From: Candidatus Omnitrophota bacterium | Lineage (GTDB): Bacteria; Omnitrophota; Gorgyraeia; Gygaellales; Profunditerraquicolaceae | DNA length: 64,000 nucleotides | Assembly: GCA_025453395.1 (NCBI GenBank) | Contig: JALOQK010000003.1 | Span: 18,711 to 82,710 of the forward strand | Reading direction: 5' to 3' | Shown here: piece by piece, positions 48,124-58,473 of the stretch | How positions within the stretch are numbered: the stretch's first letter is position 1 | Layout: each line of letters starts with the position of its first letter | Made by a program: the position numbers and the translations under genes | The notes under the pieces: model-generated | Told to the model about the DNA's origin: nothing | The model's database searches: none | The model's input: only the letters and a program-made list of their open reading frames with translations

Positions 48124-49716
48124 TTGAGCTTAACTACAAGCAAAGCATATTTTATGGAAAAGAAAAAAGTCATTATTTTAGGCGGGGGCCCGAATCGCAT
48201 CGGACAAGGGATTGAATTTGACTATTGCTGCTGCCATGCAGCCTTTGCCTTAAAAGAAGAAGGCATAGACAGTATTATGGTAAATTGTAATCCGGAAACA
48301 GTGTCTACTGACTATGATACTTCTGACCGGCTATATTTTGAGCCTCTGACCTTTGAAGATATCATGCACATTATAGAGCTAGAAAGGCCTATGGGGGTGA
48401 TTGTGCAGTTTGGCGGCCAGACTCCGCTTAATCTGGCTGTTGCCTTGCGTAAGGCAGGGGTTAATCTTTTAGGCACAAGCGCGGACAGCATTGATATTGC
48501 CGAAGACAGGCAACGTTTTAAGAATATGCTGCACAAGCTGGATTTGCTGCAGCCGGCAAACGGCATTGCTTTTAATTTTCAGCAGGCGCAGGAAGCAGCG
48601 CGCAAGATTGGGTACCCGGTTCTTGTGCGCCCATCCTATGTTTTAGGCGGCAGGGCCATGGAGATCGTCTATGATGAAACAACCCTGGAGAGATTTATTC
48701 AAAACGCAGCTGAAGTTTCCGGAGAGCATCCGGTTTTAATCGACAAGTTCCTGGAAGACGCCATTGAGGCGGACGTGGATTTAATCGGAGATGGCCAAAG
48801 TTTTATTATCGGCGGGATTATGGAGCACATTGAAGAGGCAGGGATCCATTCCGGGGATTCGGCAATGGCGCTTCCCGCATATTCATTATCCAAGCAGGTC
48901 TTAACAGAAATCCGCCGCGCTACTTATGCCATGGCAAAAGAATTACATGTGATTGGCCTGATGAATGTGCAATATGCGATTAAAGACGAAAAGGTCTATG
49001 TTTTAGAAGTTAATCCCCGCGCCTCCAGGACCGCGCCTTTTGTTTCCAAGGCCATTGGCGTGCCGCTTGCTAAATTAGCCACCAAGGTTATGCTGGGCGC
49101 AAAGCTTAAAGAGTTAGGGTTTTGCAAAGAGATTATTCCCGAATACGCGGCAGTCAAGGAATCAGTGTTTCCTTTTAACCGTTTCCCGGGAGTGGATGTG
49201 ATCTTGGGGCCAGAGATGAAATCAACCGGAGAGGTCATGGGTATTGATGCAAGCTTCAGTAAAGCCTACGTTAAAAGTCAGCTTGCCGCCGGGCAAAAGT
49301 TGCCGCTTAAAGGCAATGTTTTTATTTCCGTGCGGGATAAAGATAAAAAGCAGGTTGTTGCTATTGCTAAAGATTTACAGAGGCTGGGTTTTAATGTTTA
49401 TGCCACATCCGGGACCGCGTTAGCGCTTGAGAAAAACAGGATAAAAGTGAAGATCCTGCGCAAGATCGCCGAAGGCAGCCCCAATGTTTTGGACTTTATG
49501 AAAGAAGGCAAGATTCAATTCGTGATCAATACCCCATCCGGCAGGATACCCAGGGAAGACGAAGTCAAGATCCGTTCGCAGGTAATCCTGCATAGCATCG
49601 CTTATACTACTACATTGTCCGGAGCCATTGCTACGGTAAGCGGTATTGAGGCGTTAGGGAAAAAAGAATTTAAGGTTGAGCCGTTGCAGCAATACCATAG
49701 GAAAGTAAAAAGGTAA
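48124..49716 (+). CDS. carB: carbamoyl-phosphate synthase large subunit, C-terminal half (split carB; ATP-grasp 2 + MGS-like domain)
   Basis: 530 aa beginning (MEKK)[22 protein letters not shown], with the second CarB ATP-grasp module and the C-terminal MGS-like domain ([13 protein letters not shown]...YATSGTA). The likely start is the internal ATG at 48154. No N-terminal half and no carA occur in the window. Confidence 0.8.
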   Translation: MSLTTSKAYFMEKKKVIILGGGPNRIGQGIEFDYCCCHAAFALKEEGIDSIMVNCNPETVSTDYDTSDRLYFEPLTFEDIMHIIELERPMGVIVQFGGQTPLNLAVALRKAGVNLLGTSADSIDIAEDRQRFKNMLHKLDLLQPANGIAFNFQQAQEAARKIGYPVLVRPSYVLGGRAMEIVYDETTLERFIQNAAEVSGEHPVLIDKFLEDAIEADVDLIGDGQSFIIGGIMEHIEEAGIHSGDSAMALPAYSLSKQVLTEIRRATYAMAKELHVIGLMNVQYAIKDEKVYVLEVNPRASRTAPFVSKAIGVPLAKLATKVMLGAKLKELGFCKEIIPEYAAVKESVFPFNRFPGVDVILGPEMKSTGEVMGIDASFSKAYVKSQLAAGQKLPLKGNVFISVRDKDKKQVVAIAKDLQRLGFNVYATSGTALALEKNRIKVKILRKIAEGSPNVLDFMKEGKIQFVINTPSGRIPREDEVKIRSQVILHSIAYTTTLSGAIATVSGIEALGKKEFKVEPLQQYHRKVKR

Positions 49717-49720
49717 AACT

Positions 49721-49950
49721 AAAAAGGTAAAAGTATAAGTCAAAAGTTAAAAGTTTTAACAAAAAGCGCAATTCAATAGTAGGCATGAGACACAAAGTAT
49801 ATAAGTAAATAAATAATAAAACCAAAAAACACAAAGCAATATTTAAGTTGATTTATATTATTGATTGTGATTTTTTCCTGTACTTAATATTTATGCTTTG
49901 ATTATTGGTTCTTTAGTTTTACATTTTTACTTATACTTTTTACCTTTGCC
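49721..49950. repeat. about 230 bp AT-rich element bounded by inverted copies of the AAAGGTAAAAGTATAAG repeat (MITE-like)
   Basis: Left arm aaaaaggtaaaagtataag (49721-49739). Right arm cttatactttttacctttgcc (49930-49950), whose reverse complement is ggcaaaggtaaaaagtataag. Internal palindrome GTTAAAAGTTTTAAC (49746-49760). The element lies between the carB stop and the fpg start. Confidence 0.4.
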
Positions 49951-49972
49951 TTTTTAATTTTAACTTTATATT

Positions 49973-50830
49973 ATGCCAGAACTGCCTGAAGTAGAGACGA
50001 TCAGAAGGGCCCTAGAAAAAACAATTTTGGGCAAGAAGTTTACCGAAGTTTGCGTGCATAACCCGGCAATCATCCGCGGTATCCGTGCGGATAAATTTAA
50101 GAAAGACTTGACGGGTTCAAGTATTAAGAGTGTTTTGCGTAAAGGCAAGGCTTTGATCTTAGAGCTCTCAAACGGCAAGTCGCTTCTTGTGCATTTAAAA
50201 ATGACCGGACAGCTGGTGCTTCGGCTGCCGCTTAGCAGTAGCCCTGAGCAAGCAAAGCGCGCAGAAGGGTTGGTTTATCCTGGGGCAGGAAAACACGCGC
50301 GGGTGATTTTTCATCTTTCCTCAGGCCAAACCCTTGATTTTAATGACCAGAGGCTTTTTGCGGAATTGCGTCTGTTGGATGACTGGCGCGATTTTAAATT
50401 TATCCAGAATTTGGGGCCTGAGCCAGCTGATATTGCGGTAGAAGATTTCAAAAAAATGCTTTCTCTTAAAAAGACGAAAATTAAGCCTTTATTGATGGAC
50501 CAGTCTTTTATCTCCGGCATAGGGAATTTGTACGCAGCCGAGGCGCTTTTTAGGTCCCGCATTGACCCCGGCAGGCCCGCATCTTCATTAAGCGGCAAGG
50601 AAAAAGAATTGTTATATAAAGAAATAAAAGAAACCTTAAACGAAGCCATACAACACAAAGGTTCTTCAATAGATGATTATGTGCAGTTAACCGGAGAAGC
50701 CGGGGATTATGCGAAATACCATAAAGTTTACGGCAGACAGAACAAGCCGTGTTTAGTTTGCAAGACTCCGATTAAGCGCATCGCCTTAGGCGGAAGGGGA
50801 ACATACTTTTGCCCCAAATGTCAAAAATGA
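49973..50830 (+). CDS. mutM: formamidopyrimidine-DNA glycosylase
   Basis: Begins MPELPEVETIRRAL with the catalytic N-terminal Pro and ends in the zinc finger CLVCKTPIKRIALGGRGTYFCPKCQK. Confidence 0.9.
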   Translation: MPELPEVETIRRALEKTILGKKFTEVCVHNPAIIRGIRADKFKKDLTGSSIKSVLRKGKALILELSNGKSLLVHLKMTGQLVLRLPLSSSPEQAKRAEGLVYPGAGKHARVIFHLSSGQTLDFNDQRLFAELRLLDDWRDFKFIQNLGPEPADIAVEDFKKMLSLKKTKIKPLLMDQSFISGIGNLYAAEALFRSRIDPGRPASSLSGKEKELLYKEIKETLNEAIQHKGSSIDDYVQLTGEAGDYAKYHKVYGRQNKPCLVCKTPIKRIALGGRGTYFCPKCQK

Positions 50831-51681
50831 TAAAAGCCATTCAAGAAAAAATCAAGGTTATCGAGAACAAGAAAATAGGCGGCAGATATTTCCGCATTAA
50901 ATTTTATTCTAAGCACATCTCTTCTTGCGCTTATCCGGGGCAGTTTGTAGAAATAAAAGTGTCTAGCGCTTCTGGTCCATTATTGCGCCGTCCCCTGGGA
51001 GTGCATAGCGTGGGTAAAAATAGTTTCAGTGTTTTAGGGGAAATTGTAGGCAAGGGGACTAAAATCCTGTCAACTGTCAGGCCCGCGGAAGAGATAGACG
51101 TCATCGGGCCTTTGGGAAGCGGGTTCACGTTTAGCAGCGCACAATGCGCAGTGTTGGTTGCTGGAGGCATGGGAGTGGCCCCCTTATTGTTTCTTGCAGA
51201 AACAATAAGGGAATTAAAAGCGAAAAGCGCAAAGCGAAAAATTGTAGTTTTAATCGGCGCAAAGAGCAAAGAAAGTATTTTGTGCGCGCGGGAATTCAAA
51301 AAATTAAAGGCGGATGTGCGCATTGCTACCGATGATGGTTCTTTGGGGCACAAGGGAAAGATTACGGATTTATTGCAAAGTCAGCTTTCAGCCTTAAGCC
51401 TTCAGCCTTCAACTGTATATGCCTGCGGCCCTGACCCTATGCTTCGAGAAGTAGCGCGGGTAGCCGAAACATATAATATTCCGGCGCAGGTTTCTCTTGA
51501 GCAGCATATGGCCTGTGGAATCGGCGCGTGCTTGGGCTGCGTTATAAAAGTAAAAAGTCAAAAGCCAACATGTGCCAGAGGCATGCCTAATTCAAAAGTA
51601 AAAAGCGATTTTGAATATAAAAGAGTTTGTAAGGAAGGGCCGGTGTTTGATGCCAGGCAAATAGTATGGGAGGGCTCATGA
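50827..51681 (+). CDS. pyrK: dihydroorotate dehydrogenase electron-transfer subunit
   Basis: Starts MIKAIQEK with an ATGA overlap on fpg. It has an FAD/NAD-binding fold and a C-terminal 2Fe-2S Cys cluster (CGIGACLGC). Confidence 0.8.
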   Translation: MIKAIQEKIKVIENKKIGGRYFRIKFYSKHISSCAYPGQFVEIKVSSASGPLLRRPLGVHSVGKNSFSVLGEIVGKGTKILSTVRPAEEIDVIGPLGSGFTFSSAQCAVLVAGGMGVAPLLFLAETIRELKAKSAKRKIVVLIGAKSKESILCAREFKKLKADVRIATDDGSLGHKGKITDLLQSQLSALSLQPSTVYACGPDPMLREVARVAETYNIPAQVSLEQHMACGIGACLGCVIKVKSQKPTCARGMPNSKVKSDFEYKRVCKEGPVFDARQIVWEGS

Positions 51682-52037
51682 AGCCGTTATTATTTCTTGT
51701 ATTGGGGCTTTTGGCAGGTATTTTTGGAGGAGCTTTTGGCATAGGGGGAGCTTCGGTTATGGTGCCCGCGCTGGTATATTTTTTCGGTTTTACGCAGCAT
51801 CAGGCGCAAGGAACGATTTTAGCGGCGATGGTGCCGCCTATCGGGCTTTTGGCAGCTTTACGTTATTGGCAGGCAGGCAATGTCAATATTCCGGTGGCTG
51901 CGTTATTGTGCGCAGGGTTCTTCCTGGGCGGGTACTTTGGCGCAGGCCTGGTGCAAGGCATCCCGGATCTGGTATTAAAGAAAGCGTTCGGAGTGTTTTT
52001 ATTAATTATTGCCGTGAATATGATCTTAGGGAAATAA
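51678..52037 (+). CDS. half-size (4-TM) TSUP/TauE-SafE-family membrane protein inserted between pyrK and pyrD
   Basis: About 119 aa: MKPLLFLVLGLLAGIFGGAFGIGGASVMVPALVYFFGF..., carrying the G-rich DUF81 motif. It is half the usual 8-TM length and has ATGA coupling to pyrK. Confidence 0.55.
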   Translation: MKPLLFLVLGLLAGIFGGAFGIGGASVMVPALVYFFGFTQHQAQGTILAAMVPPIGLLAALRYWQAGNVNIPVAALLCAGFFLGGYFGAGLVQGIPDLVLKKAFGVFLLIIAVNMILGK

Positions 52038-52038
52038 T

Positions 52039-52956
52039 ATGAAAGTTAATCTGTCTGTTGCTATCGGGAAATTGATGCTTAAGAATCCGGTGATGGTTGC
52101 TTCCGGGACCTTTGGCTATGCCGAAGAATTTTCCGGATTTATGGACCTGCGTAAGTTAGGCGCGATTGTAACAAAGACCATTACTATTGCCCCGCGCCTT
52201 GGGAATCCTGCCCCGCGCACCTGCGAAACTGCTTCGGGGATGATAAATTCCATAGGCCTAGAGAACCCCGGAGCGGATAAATTCATCAAAGAAAAAATCC
52301 CTTATTTAAAGAAAATCGGGGTTCCGATTATTGTAAGCATTGCTTCGGAAAAAGACCCGGAAGAATTTGTCTTTTTGGCCAAGAAACTAAATAACATCCC
52401 AGCGGTGGCAGCTTTAGAATTGAATATTTCTTGCCCAAACGTCCACAAAAATACACAGCTTGTGGCGCAGGACGCGCAAGTTACTTATAAGGTAGTTAAA
52501 AAAGTGCGCGCGGCAACCAGAAAAACGCTTATTACTAAATTGTCTCCTAATGTCACGGATATCGTAAGCATTGCCAAAGAAGCTGAAGATGCGGGAAGCG
52601 ATTGTTTGGCGATGATCAATACATTGCAGGGGATGAGCATAGATATAAATAATTTTAAACCTAAAATCGCTATGGGCTCTGGAGGATTAAGCGGACCGGC
52701 GATCCGCCCGGTAGCTATTAAAATGGTCTGGGATGTGTATCGCAAGGTTAAAATCCCGATTATCGGAATGGGCGGGATCATCGATACAAATAGCGCCATA
52801 GAATTTTTCTTGGCCGGATCCACTGCGGTTGCTGTCGGCACGGGGAATTTTATTTATCCTAAATTGACTATAGAGATCATTAGGGGGATAGAAGCATATT
52901 TAGAGAATAAGGGCACCAGAAATATAAATGGCATTAAGGGAAAGGTTTTGGCATGA
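52039..52956 (+). CDS. pyrD: dihydroorotate dehydrogenase catalytic subunit (class 1B)
   Basis: 305 aa beginning LKNPVMVASGTFGY, with a TIM barrel, FMN-binding motifs and the active-site Cys region (NISCPN). Confidence 0.9.
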   Translation: MKVNLSVAIGKLMLKNPVMVASGTFGYAEEFSGFMDLRKLGAIVTKTITIAPRLGNPAPRTCETASGMINSIGLENPGADKFIKEKIPYLKKIGVPIIVSIASEKDPEEFVFLAKKLNNIPAVAALELNISCPNVHKNTQLVAQDAQVTYKVVKKVRAATRKTLITKLSPNVTDIVSIAKEAEDAGSDCLAMINTLQGMSIDINNFKPKIAMGSGGLSGPAIRPVAIKMVWDVYRKVKIPIIGMGGIIDTNSAIEFFLAGSTAVAVGTGNFIYPKLTIEIIRGIEAYLENKGTRNINGIKGKVLA

Positions 52957-53642
52957 AACACGAAATGGTTTTAGCGTTAGACGTGGATTCCGTAGATAAG
53001 GCTAAGAATTTCGTTAACCTTTTTGCCGGCAAAATAAAAGTTTTTAAGGTCGGGTTGCAGCTTTTTACTTTGGCCGGGCCCGGGATCGTAGATTATATCC
53101 GAAAGAAAAAAGCAGATGTGTTTCTGGACCTAAAACTGCACGATATTCCTAATACCGTTGCCCATGCTGTGCGCCAGGCAGCGCGGCTAAAGGTAAAGAT
53201 GCTAACACTTCATATCCAGGGCGGGGAAGAAATGCTTCGCGCGGCGGTTTTAGCGCGCGACCAAGAATCCAGGAAGCTTAGAATAAAGAAGCCGCTTTTA
53301 ATCGGGGTAACAGTCTTAACCAGTCAACCCGCCAGTCAAGGCCAGGTTCTGCTGCGCGCAAAACAAGGATTGAGTTGCGGTTTAGATGGCGTAGTTTGTT
53401 CTGCCCGAGAAGCAGCTTTCCTGCGCCAGAATATCAACCAGGAATTTTTCATCGTAACTCCCGGGATACGCAGTCTTTCTTTGGAAACACAAGATCAAAA
53501 AAGAGTTACTACAGTTAGGCAGGCGGTCTTAGCCGGCAGTAATTTTTTAGTTGTGGGCCGTCCGATTTTAGAAGCCGGCAATCCGCTTCAGGCGCTGAAG
53601 GAATTAAAATCAATGGCAAGCGAAGTTGAACCATCGAAATAG
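52953..53642 (+). CDS. pyrF: orotidine 5'-phosphate decarboxylase
   Basis: 229 aa beginning LALDVDSVDKAK...FKVGLQLF with the conserved DLKLHDIPNT motif. Confidence 0.9.
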   Translation: MKHEMVLALDVDSVDKAKNFVNLFAGKIKVFKVGLQLFTLAGPGIVDYIRKKKADVFLDLKLHDIPNTVAHAVRQAARLKVKMLTLHIQGGEEMLRAAVLARDQESRKLRIKKPLLIGVTVLTSQPASQGQVLLRAKQGLSCGLDGVVCSAREAAFLRQNINQEFFIVTPGIRSLSLETQDQKRVTTVRQAVLAGSNFLVVGRPILEAGNPLQALKELKSMASEVEPSK

Positions 53643-53643
53643 G

Positions 53644-53672
53644 TTGCAATTCTCTTCCTGTTTGCCTATAAT
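53644..53672 (+). promoter_or_regulatory. sigma70-like promoter of the V-ATPase operon
   Basis: TTGCAA (53644-53649), 17 bp, TATAAT (53667-53672), then a GGAGG RBS and the ATG at 53692. Confidence 0.5.
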
Positions 53673-53691
53673 TTTATATTGGAGGTAAAAC

Positions 53692-54297
53692 ATGCCAAGT
53701 GAAATAAAAGATTTAATCGAACAGATCAACCGCGAGGGTATAGAAAAAGCGCAAAAAGCCTCTGGCGAAATTGAAGCCGAGGCAAAAAGAAAAGCCTGGG
53801 AAATAATTGAAAAGGCCAAGAAAGACGCGGCCGGCTTATTATCCCAAGCCAAAGAAGAAATTTCTCGTCAGGAAATAAAGGAAAAGGCGCTTCTTGCGCA
53901 GTCCGGAAGAGACCTGCTTCTTTCTTTGCGCCAGCAGATCAATCAGATGCTAAAGAATATTATTATGCATCAGGTTGGTCAGTGCTTGAAGCCCGAAGAA
54001 ATTTATAAAATCATCTCACAGTTGGTAGAACATATTGCCTCCGAAGAAACTAACGGCATCGTTGTTTGTTTAAAAGAACAGGACAGGGTTATTTTAGAAA
54101 AGGAATTCTTGGCGCGCTTAAAGCAGCAGATTCAAAAAACTGTAACTTTAAAATCTGCCGATGAAATTTCCGCAGGGTTTACGATAAGCTTTGACTCCGG
54201 GAAGACCCAGTTTGATTTTACGGACCAATCTTTAGCCGAATACATAAGCGCATCTTTAAATCCGAAATTAGGGGAAATTTTAAAAGGAGTAAGTTAG
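53692..54297 (+). CDS. atpE: V-type ATP synthase subunit E
   Basis: 201 aa with a charged coiled-coil N-terminus (EIKDLIEQINREGIEKAQKASGEIEAEAKRKA...) typical of V/A-type E. Confidence 0.7.
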   Translation: MPSEIKDLIEQINREGIEKAQKASGEIEAEAKRKAWEIIEKAKKDAAGLLSQAKEEISRQEIKEKALLAQSGRDLLLSLRQQINQMLKNIIMHQVGQCLKPEEIYKIISQLVEHIASEETNGIVVCLKEQDRVILEKEFLARLKQQIQKTVTLKSADEISAGFTISFDSGKTQFDFTDQSLAEYISASLNPKLGEILKGVS

Positions 54298-54303
54298 TAA
54301 AAT

Positions 54304-54810
54304 ATGAGGTTTTATGAATATTTTATCTCCAGCCTGCCGTTTCTTTCTTTTTTAATGCCAACCCCGTTGTCTTATGAAAAATTTCTGGAAGAATCCTCTC
54401 GGTTTATCCCAGAGAAAGAACATAAGGTTTTAAAGTCGCTATCTGTAAGCCAGCATTACTTGGAGAAAAAATACCGCTTATTCGAAGATTCTTTAAGAAA
54501 CCAGCTGGTCTTGTTGCGCGCGCAAGGCCTGGGCAAGGACGCATTAAAATATCTGCATACAGGAATAGATGATGACGCGCAGCTTTCGCTTGTTGCAAGT
54601 CACGCTATGCGCCAGCTGTCTATTTTAGAGGCAGAGATTTTTTTGGATAAACAAAGATGGGAAAAGCTGGACGAGCTTTTGCAGGGGCATTTTTTCGACT
54701 TAGAGTTTTTGATTGTTTATGCGCATAAACTTTTGATTCTAGAGCGTTGGGAAAAAATAAGAAGCGCGGATAAGCAGCTTCTTTGGGATAATTTATTATC
54801 TTTTAATTAA
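54304..54810 (+). CDS. hypothetical protein in the V-ATPase operon (position equivalent to Chlamydia CT309; possible C/d-like subunit)
   Basis: 168 aa with no recognisable motif. It sits in the conserved slot between E and A. Confidence 0.4.
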   Translation: MRFYEYFISSLPFLSFLMPTPLSYEKFLEESSRFIPEKEHKVLKSLSVSQHYLEKKYRLFEDSLRNQLVLLRAQGLGKDALKYLHTGIDDDAQLSLVASHAMRQLSILEAEIFLDKQRWEKLDELLQGHFFDLEFLIVYAHKLLILERWEKIRSADKQLLWDNLLSFN

Positions 54811-54820
54811 AGAGGGGAAA

Positions 54821-56566
54821 ATGGAGAAACGACAAGGCAAGATTACAGCTATAAGCGGGAACATGGTTGGCGTTTCTTTTGATTCCTTGGTTATTCAGAA
54901 CGAAGTGGCTTTTGTGGTGCATGGCGAAGAAAAACTCAAATCCGAAGTAATCCGCGTGCGCGGCAATATCGCCCAGATGCAGGTGTTTGAAGATACCAGG
55001 GACCTAAAAGTGGGAGATGAAGTTATTTTTACCGGAGAGCTTCTTTCGGTCAAGCTTGGGCCGGGGCTTTTGGGGCAGGTATTTGATGGCCTGGAAAATC
55101 CGCTTCACGTAGTTGCTAAAGAGTGCGGTTTTTTCTTAAAGCGCGGTATTTACATAAACGCGCTTGATGAACAATCAGTATGGGATTTTACTCCTTTGGT
55201 TTCGCCGCAGGACAAAATTCTTCCCGGGCAGAAGATCGGCGTTGTGCCGGAAAAGATTTTTCAGCATTACATCATGGCGCCATTTTTCTTGCAAGGCGTC
55301 CAGGAAGTAATAAGCGTTGTAAATGCCGGCAGGTATAATTTAACTACTCCCGTAGCCCAGCTCAAAGACGGCAAGGGAAAAATCACCCCGGTTTTCTTAA
55401 GCCAGACACAAGCCGTGAGAATCCCTATTCGAGCCTACAAGGAAAAACTAAAACCCGGAGAACCGCTTGTAACCCAGATGCGCTTAATCGATTCCCTGTT
55501 TCCTATTGCCCGCGGCGGGACGTATTGTATCCCGGGGCCGTTTGGCGCAGGCAAAACTGTTTTACAGCAGCTAACCAGCCGCCACGCGCAAGCGGATATC
55601 GTGGTTATCGCCGCTTGTGGAGAGCGCGCCGGAGAGGTAGTTGAAACCTTAAAGACATTCCCTGAAATTACTGATCCGCGCACAGGCAAACCTTTAAGCG
55701 ATAGGACGGTCATTATTTGCAACACCAGCTCCATGCCGGTTGCCGCGCGCGAATCAAGCGTGTATACCGCGGTAACCATCGCCGAATATTATCGTCAGAT
55801 GGGGTTAAATGTTTTGCTGTTAGCGGATTCTACTTCGCGCTGGGCACAGGCTATGCGCGAGATGTCCGGCAGGCTCGAGGAGATCCCCGGAGAAGAGGCG
55901 TTTCCGGCGTACCTGGAGTCGCGGATAGCTTCTTTTTATGAAAGAGCCGGGGTTGTGCGGCTTCATGATAATAGTATCGGGTCAGTTACTATCGGAGGAA
56001 CAGTCAGCCCCGCAGGAGGCAATTTTGAGGAACCGGTAACACAGGCGACATTAAAAGTGGTAGGCGCCTTTCACGGCCTTTCCCGGCAGCGTTCAGACGC
56101 AAGGCGTTATCCGGCGATTGATCCGCTGATCAGTTGGAGCAAATACCCAAGCTTTATTGACCCGGTTAAGAAAAGGCGCGCGCATCAGGCCCTTGAAAAA
56201 AGCAACGAAGTCAACCAGATGATGAAAGTTATCGGCGAAGAAGGCACATCCCTGTCGGATTACGCAGATTACCTTAAAGGGGAATTCCTGGATTTTGTTT
56301 ACTTGCAGCAAAACGCCTTTGACCCGGCAGATGAGGCCACCAGCCAGCAGCGCCAGGCTTTTGTTTTTGATTTTATCCATCAAATACTGGAAATGGATTT
56401 CGCGTTTTCCGATAAAGAACAGGCGCTGCATTTTTTTCAAAAGCTGCAGCAGATTTTGAAGGGGTGGAATTCTTCTTTTTGGGATAGCCCCGAGTTTTCT
56501 TCCATCCAGCAAGAAATCAACAAGTTATTGCTGGAAAATAAAGCAAAGGATCCGGCAGATGCATAA
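54821..56566 (+). CDS. atpA: V-type ATP synthase catalytic subunit A
   Basis: 581 aa with the Walker A motif GPFGAGKT and the non-homologous insert typical of A subunits. Confidence 0.9.
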   Translation: MEKRQGKITAISGNMVGVSFDSLVIQNEVAFVVHGEEKLKSEVIRVRGNIAQMQVFEDTRDLKVGDEVIFTGELLSVKLGPGLLGQVFDGLENPLHVVAKECGFFLKRGIYINALDEQSVWDFTPLVSPQDKILPGQKIGVVPEKIFQHYIMAPFFLQGVQEVISVVNAGRYNLTTPVAQLKDGKGKITPVFLSQTQAVRIPIRAYKEKLKPGEPLVTQMRLIDSLFPIARGGTYCIPGPFGAGKTVLQQLTSRHAQADIVVIAACGERAGEVVETLKTFPEITDPRTGKPLSDRTVIICNTSSMPVAARESSVYTAVTIAEYYRQMGLNVLLLADSTSRWAQAMREMSGRLEEIPGEEAFPAYLESRIASFYERAGVVRLHDNSIGSVTIGGTVSPAGGNFEEPVTQATLKVVGAFHGLSRQRSDARRYPAIDPLISWSKYPSFIDPVKKRRAHQALEKSNEVNQMMKVIGEEGTSLSDYADYLKGEFLDFVYLQQNAFDPADEATSQQRQAFVFDFIHQILEMDFAFSDKEQALHFFQKLQQILKGWNSSFWDSPEFSSIQQEINKLLLENKAKDPADA

Positions 56567-57854
56567 ACTGTATACTAAGATCATTCAGATTTCAGGAGAT
56601 GTTATTACCGTAGAGGCCGAAGGCGTAGGATACATGGAAATCGCCCAGGTTGCCAAGGGCAATGAAACTTCCTTGGCACAAGTTATCCGTATCGAAGGCA
56701 AAAAGGTTTATTTGCAGGTTTTTGCCGGCAGCCGCGGCATATCTACTTCGGATAAGGTAAGATTTCTTGGCGGGCCTATGCGCACATCCTCAGGGGTGAA
56801 TCTTTTAGGCAGGATATTCAATGGCAGCGCAATTCCCATTGATAACGGGCCGGAATTGCTGGATGATAAAATAGATATTGCCGGCCCGTCGGTTAATCCG
56901 GTAAAAAGGGTAATCCCCAGCAAAATGATCCGCACGGGAATCCCGATGATCGATGTTTTCAATTCTTTGGTTGAATCACAGAAGCTGCCTATTTTCTCTA
57001 TTGCCGGTGAGCCGTATAATCAACTTTTAGCGCGCATTGCCACGCAGGCAGAAGTAGACATTATTATTTTGGGCGGCATGGGTTTAAAATATGACGAGTA
57101 TTTGTTTTTCCGCGATACCCTGGAAGAACACGGGGCGTTGTCGCGATCTATTATGTTTGTGCATACCGCCGATAATCCGGTTGTAGAGTGTTTGTTGGTG
57201 CCGGATATAAGCTTGGCGGTAGCAGAGAAGTTCGCCCTTGAGGGGAAAAGGGTGCTTGTTCTCTTGACCGACATGACTAATTTCTGCGATTCCTTAAAAG
57301 AGATCGCCATTACCATGGAACAGATACCTTCTAACCGCGGTTATCCGGGAGATCTTTACAGTCAGCTGGCCAGCCGCTATGAAAAAGCTGTGGACTTTGA
57401 AGGCGCAGGTTCAATTACCATTTTAGCAGTAACTACTATGCCCGGAGATGATGTAACCCATCCTGTGCCGGATAACACAGGGTATATTACCGAGGGGCAG
57501 TTTTATTTAAAAAACGGCGTCATCGAGCCGTTTGGGTCCTTAAGCCGTTTAAAGCAGCAGGTCAATGGTAAAACCCGCGATGACCACCGCATTATTATGG
57601 ATACCATGATCCAGCTTTTTGCCAGCTACCGCCAGTCTTTGGAAAAACAGGCAATGGGATTTAAGATGAGCGCATGGGATAATAAACTTTTGCATTACGG
57701 AAAACTTTTTGAAGAAAAGATGATGTCTTTAAAGGTTAATATCGCGCTTGAGAAGGCCCTTGATTTGGGCTGGCAGATAATGGCAGAATGTTTTCTTCCA
57801 GAAGAGACCGGCATAAAACAAGCCATGATCCAGAAATATTGGAATAAGAAATAA
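56559..57854 (+). CDS. atpB: V-type ATP synthase subunit B
   Basis: 431 aa regulatory subunit lacking a canonical P-loop. Confidence 0.85.
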   Translation: MHKLYTKIIQISGDVITVEAEGVGYMEIAQVAKGNETSLAQVIRIEGKKVYLQVFAGSRGISTSDKVRFLGGPMRTSSGVNLLGRIFNGSAIPIDNGPELLDDKIDIAGPSVNPVKRVIPSKMIRTGIPMIDVFNSLVESQKLPIFSIAGEPYNQLLARIATQAEVDIIILGGMGLKYDEYLFFRDTLEEHGALSRSIMFVHTADNPVVECLLVPDISLAVAEKFALEGKRVLVLLTDMTNFCDSLKEIAITMEQIPSNRGYPGDLYSQLASRYEKAVDFEGAGSITILAVTTMPGDDVTHPVPDNTGYITEGQFYLKNGVIEPFGSLSRLKQQVNGKTRDDHRIIMDTMIQLFASYRQSLEKQAMGFKMSAWDNKLLHYGKLFEEKMMSLKVNIALEKALDLGWQIMAECFLPEETGIKQAMIQKYWNKK

Positions 57855-57855
57855 G

Positions 57856-58473
57856 ATGCCCAAGATTAAGTTAACCAAGGGTGAGCTTAAGAAACAACGC
57901 GATGCGCTGCGCGCTTACCAAAGGTATCTGCCGACGCTTTTGTTGAAAAAACAGCAGCTGCAAATAGAAATATTGCATCGGGCGGCAGTGATCCTTGCCA
58001 AAGAAAAACAGGCCTCCAGAAAAAAAGAAGAAGGGTTTTTGTGGTGGGGCCTTTTGGTAGAGTCGCCGATTAATTTTCAAGAGCTGCTTTCGCTTCGCCA
58101 GGTTTTGGTAAGCAGTAAGAATGTGGCAGGGGTGGATCTGCCGGTTTTTGAGAAGACGAAATTCCAAGAAGCGGAATACGATTTATTCCAGTCGCCGCTT
58201 TGGCTCGATCAAGCTTGGAGTTTTATCAAGGAAGAGGCCTGTTTGTTAGATGAAATTAAAACTTTGAGTGAAGGCCTAGAGATATTGCGCCGGGAATTGC
58301 GCGTAACTACTCAAAGAGTAAATCTTTTTGAAAAAGTAAAAATTCCGCAGGCAAAAGAGACTATCCGCGTAATTAAGATCTATATCGGGGACCAGATGGC
58401 GAATGCCGTAGGCAGAAGCAAGATCGCCAAGGCCAAAATAGAGGCCTATGAAGCAGAAGGGGCGCTAGTATGA
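57856..58473 (+). CDS. atpD: V-type ATP synthase subunit D
   Basis: 205 aa coiled-coil central stalk protein: MPKIKLTKGELKKQRDALRAYQRYLPTL... Confidence 0.8.
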   Translation: MPKIKLTKGELKKQRDALRAYQRYLPTLLLKKQQLQIEILHRAAVILAKEKQASRKKEEGFLWWGLLVESPINFQELLSLRQVLVSSKNVAGVDLPVFEKTKFQEAEYDLFQSPLWLDQAWSFIKEEACLLDEIKTLSEGLEILRRELRVTTQRVNLFEKVKIPQAKETIRVIKIYIGDQMANAVGRSKIAKAKIEAYEAEGALV

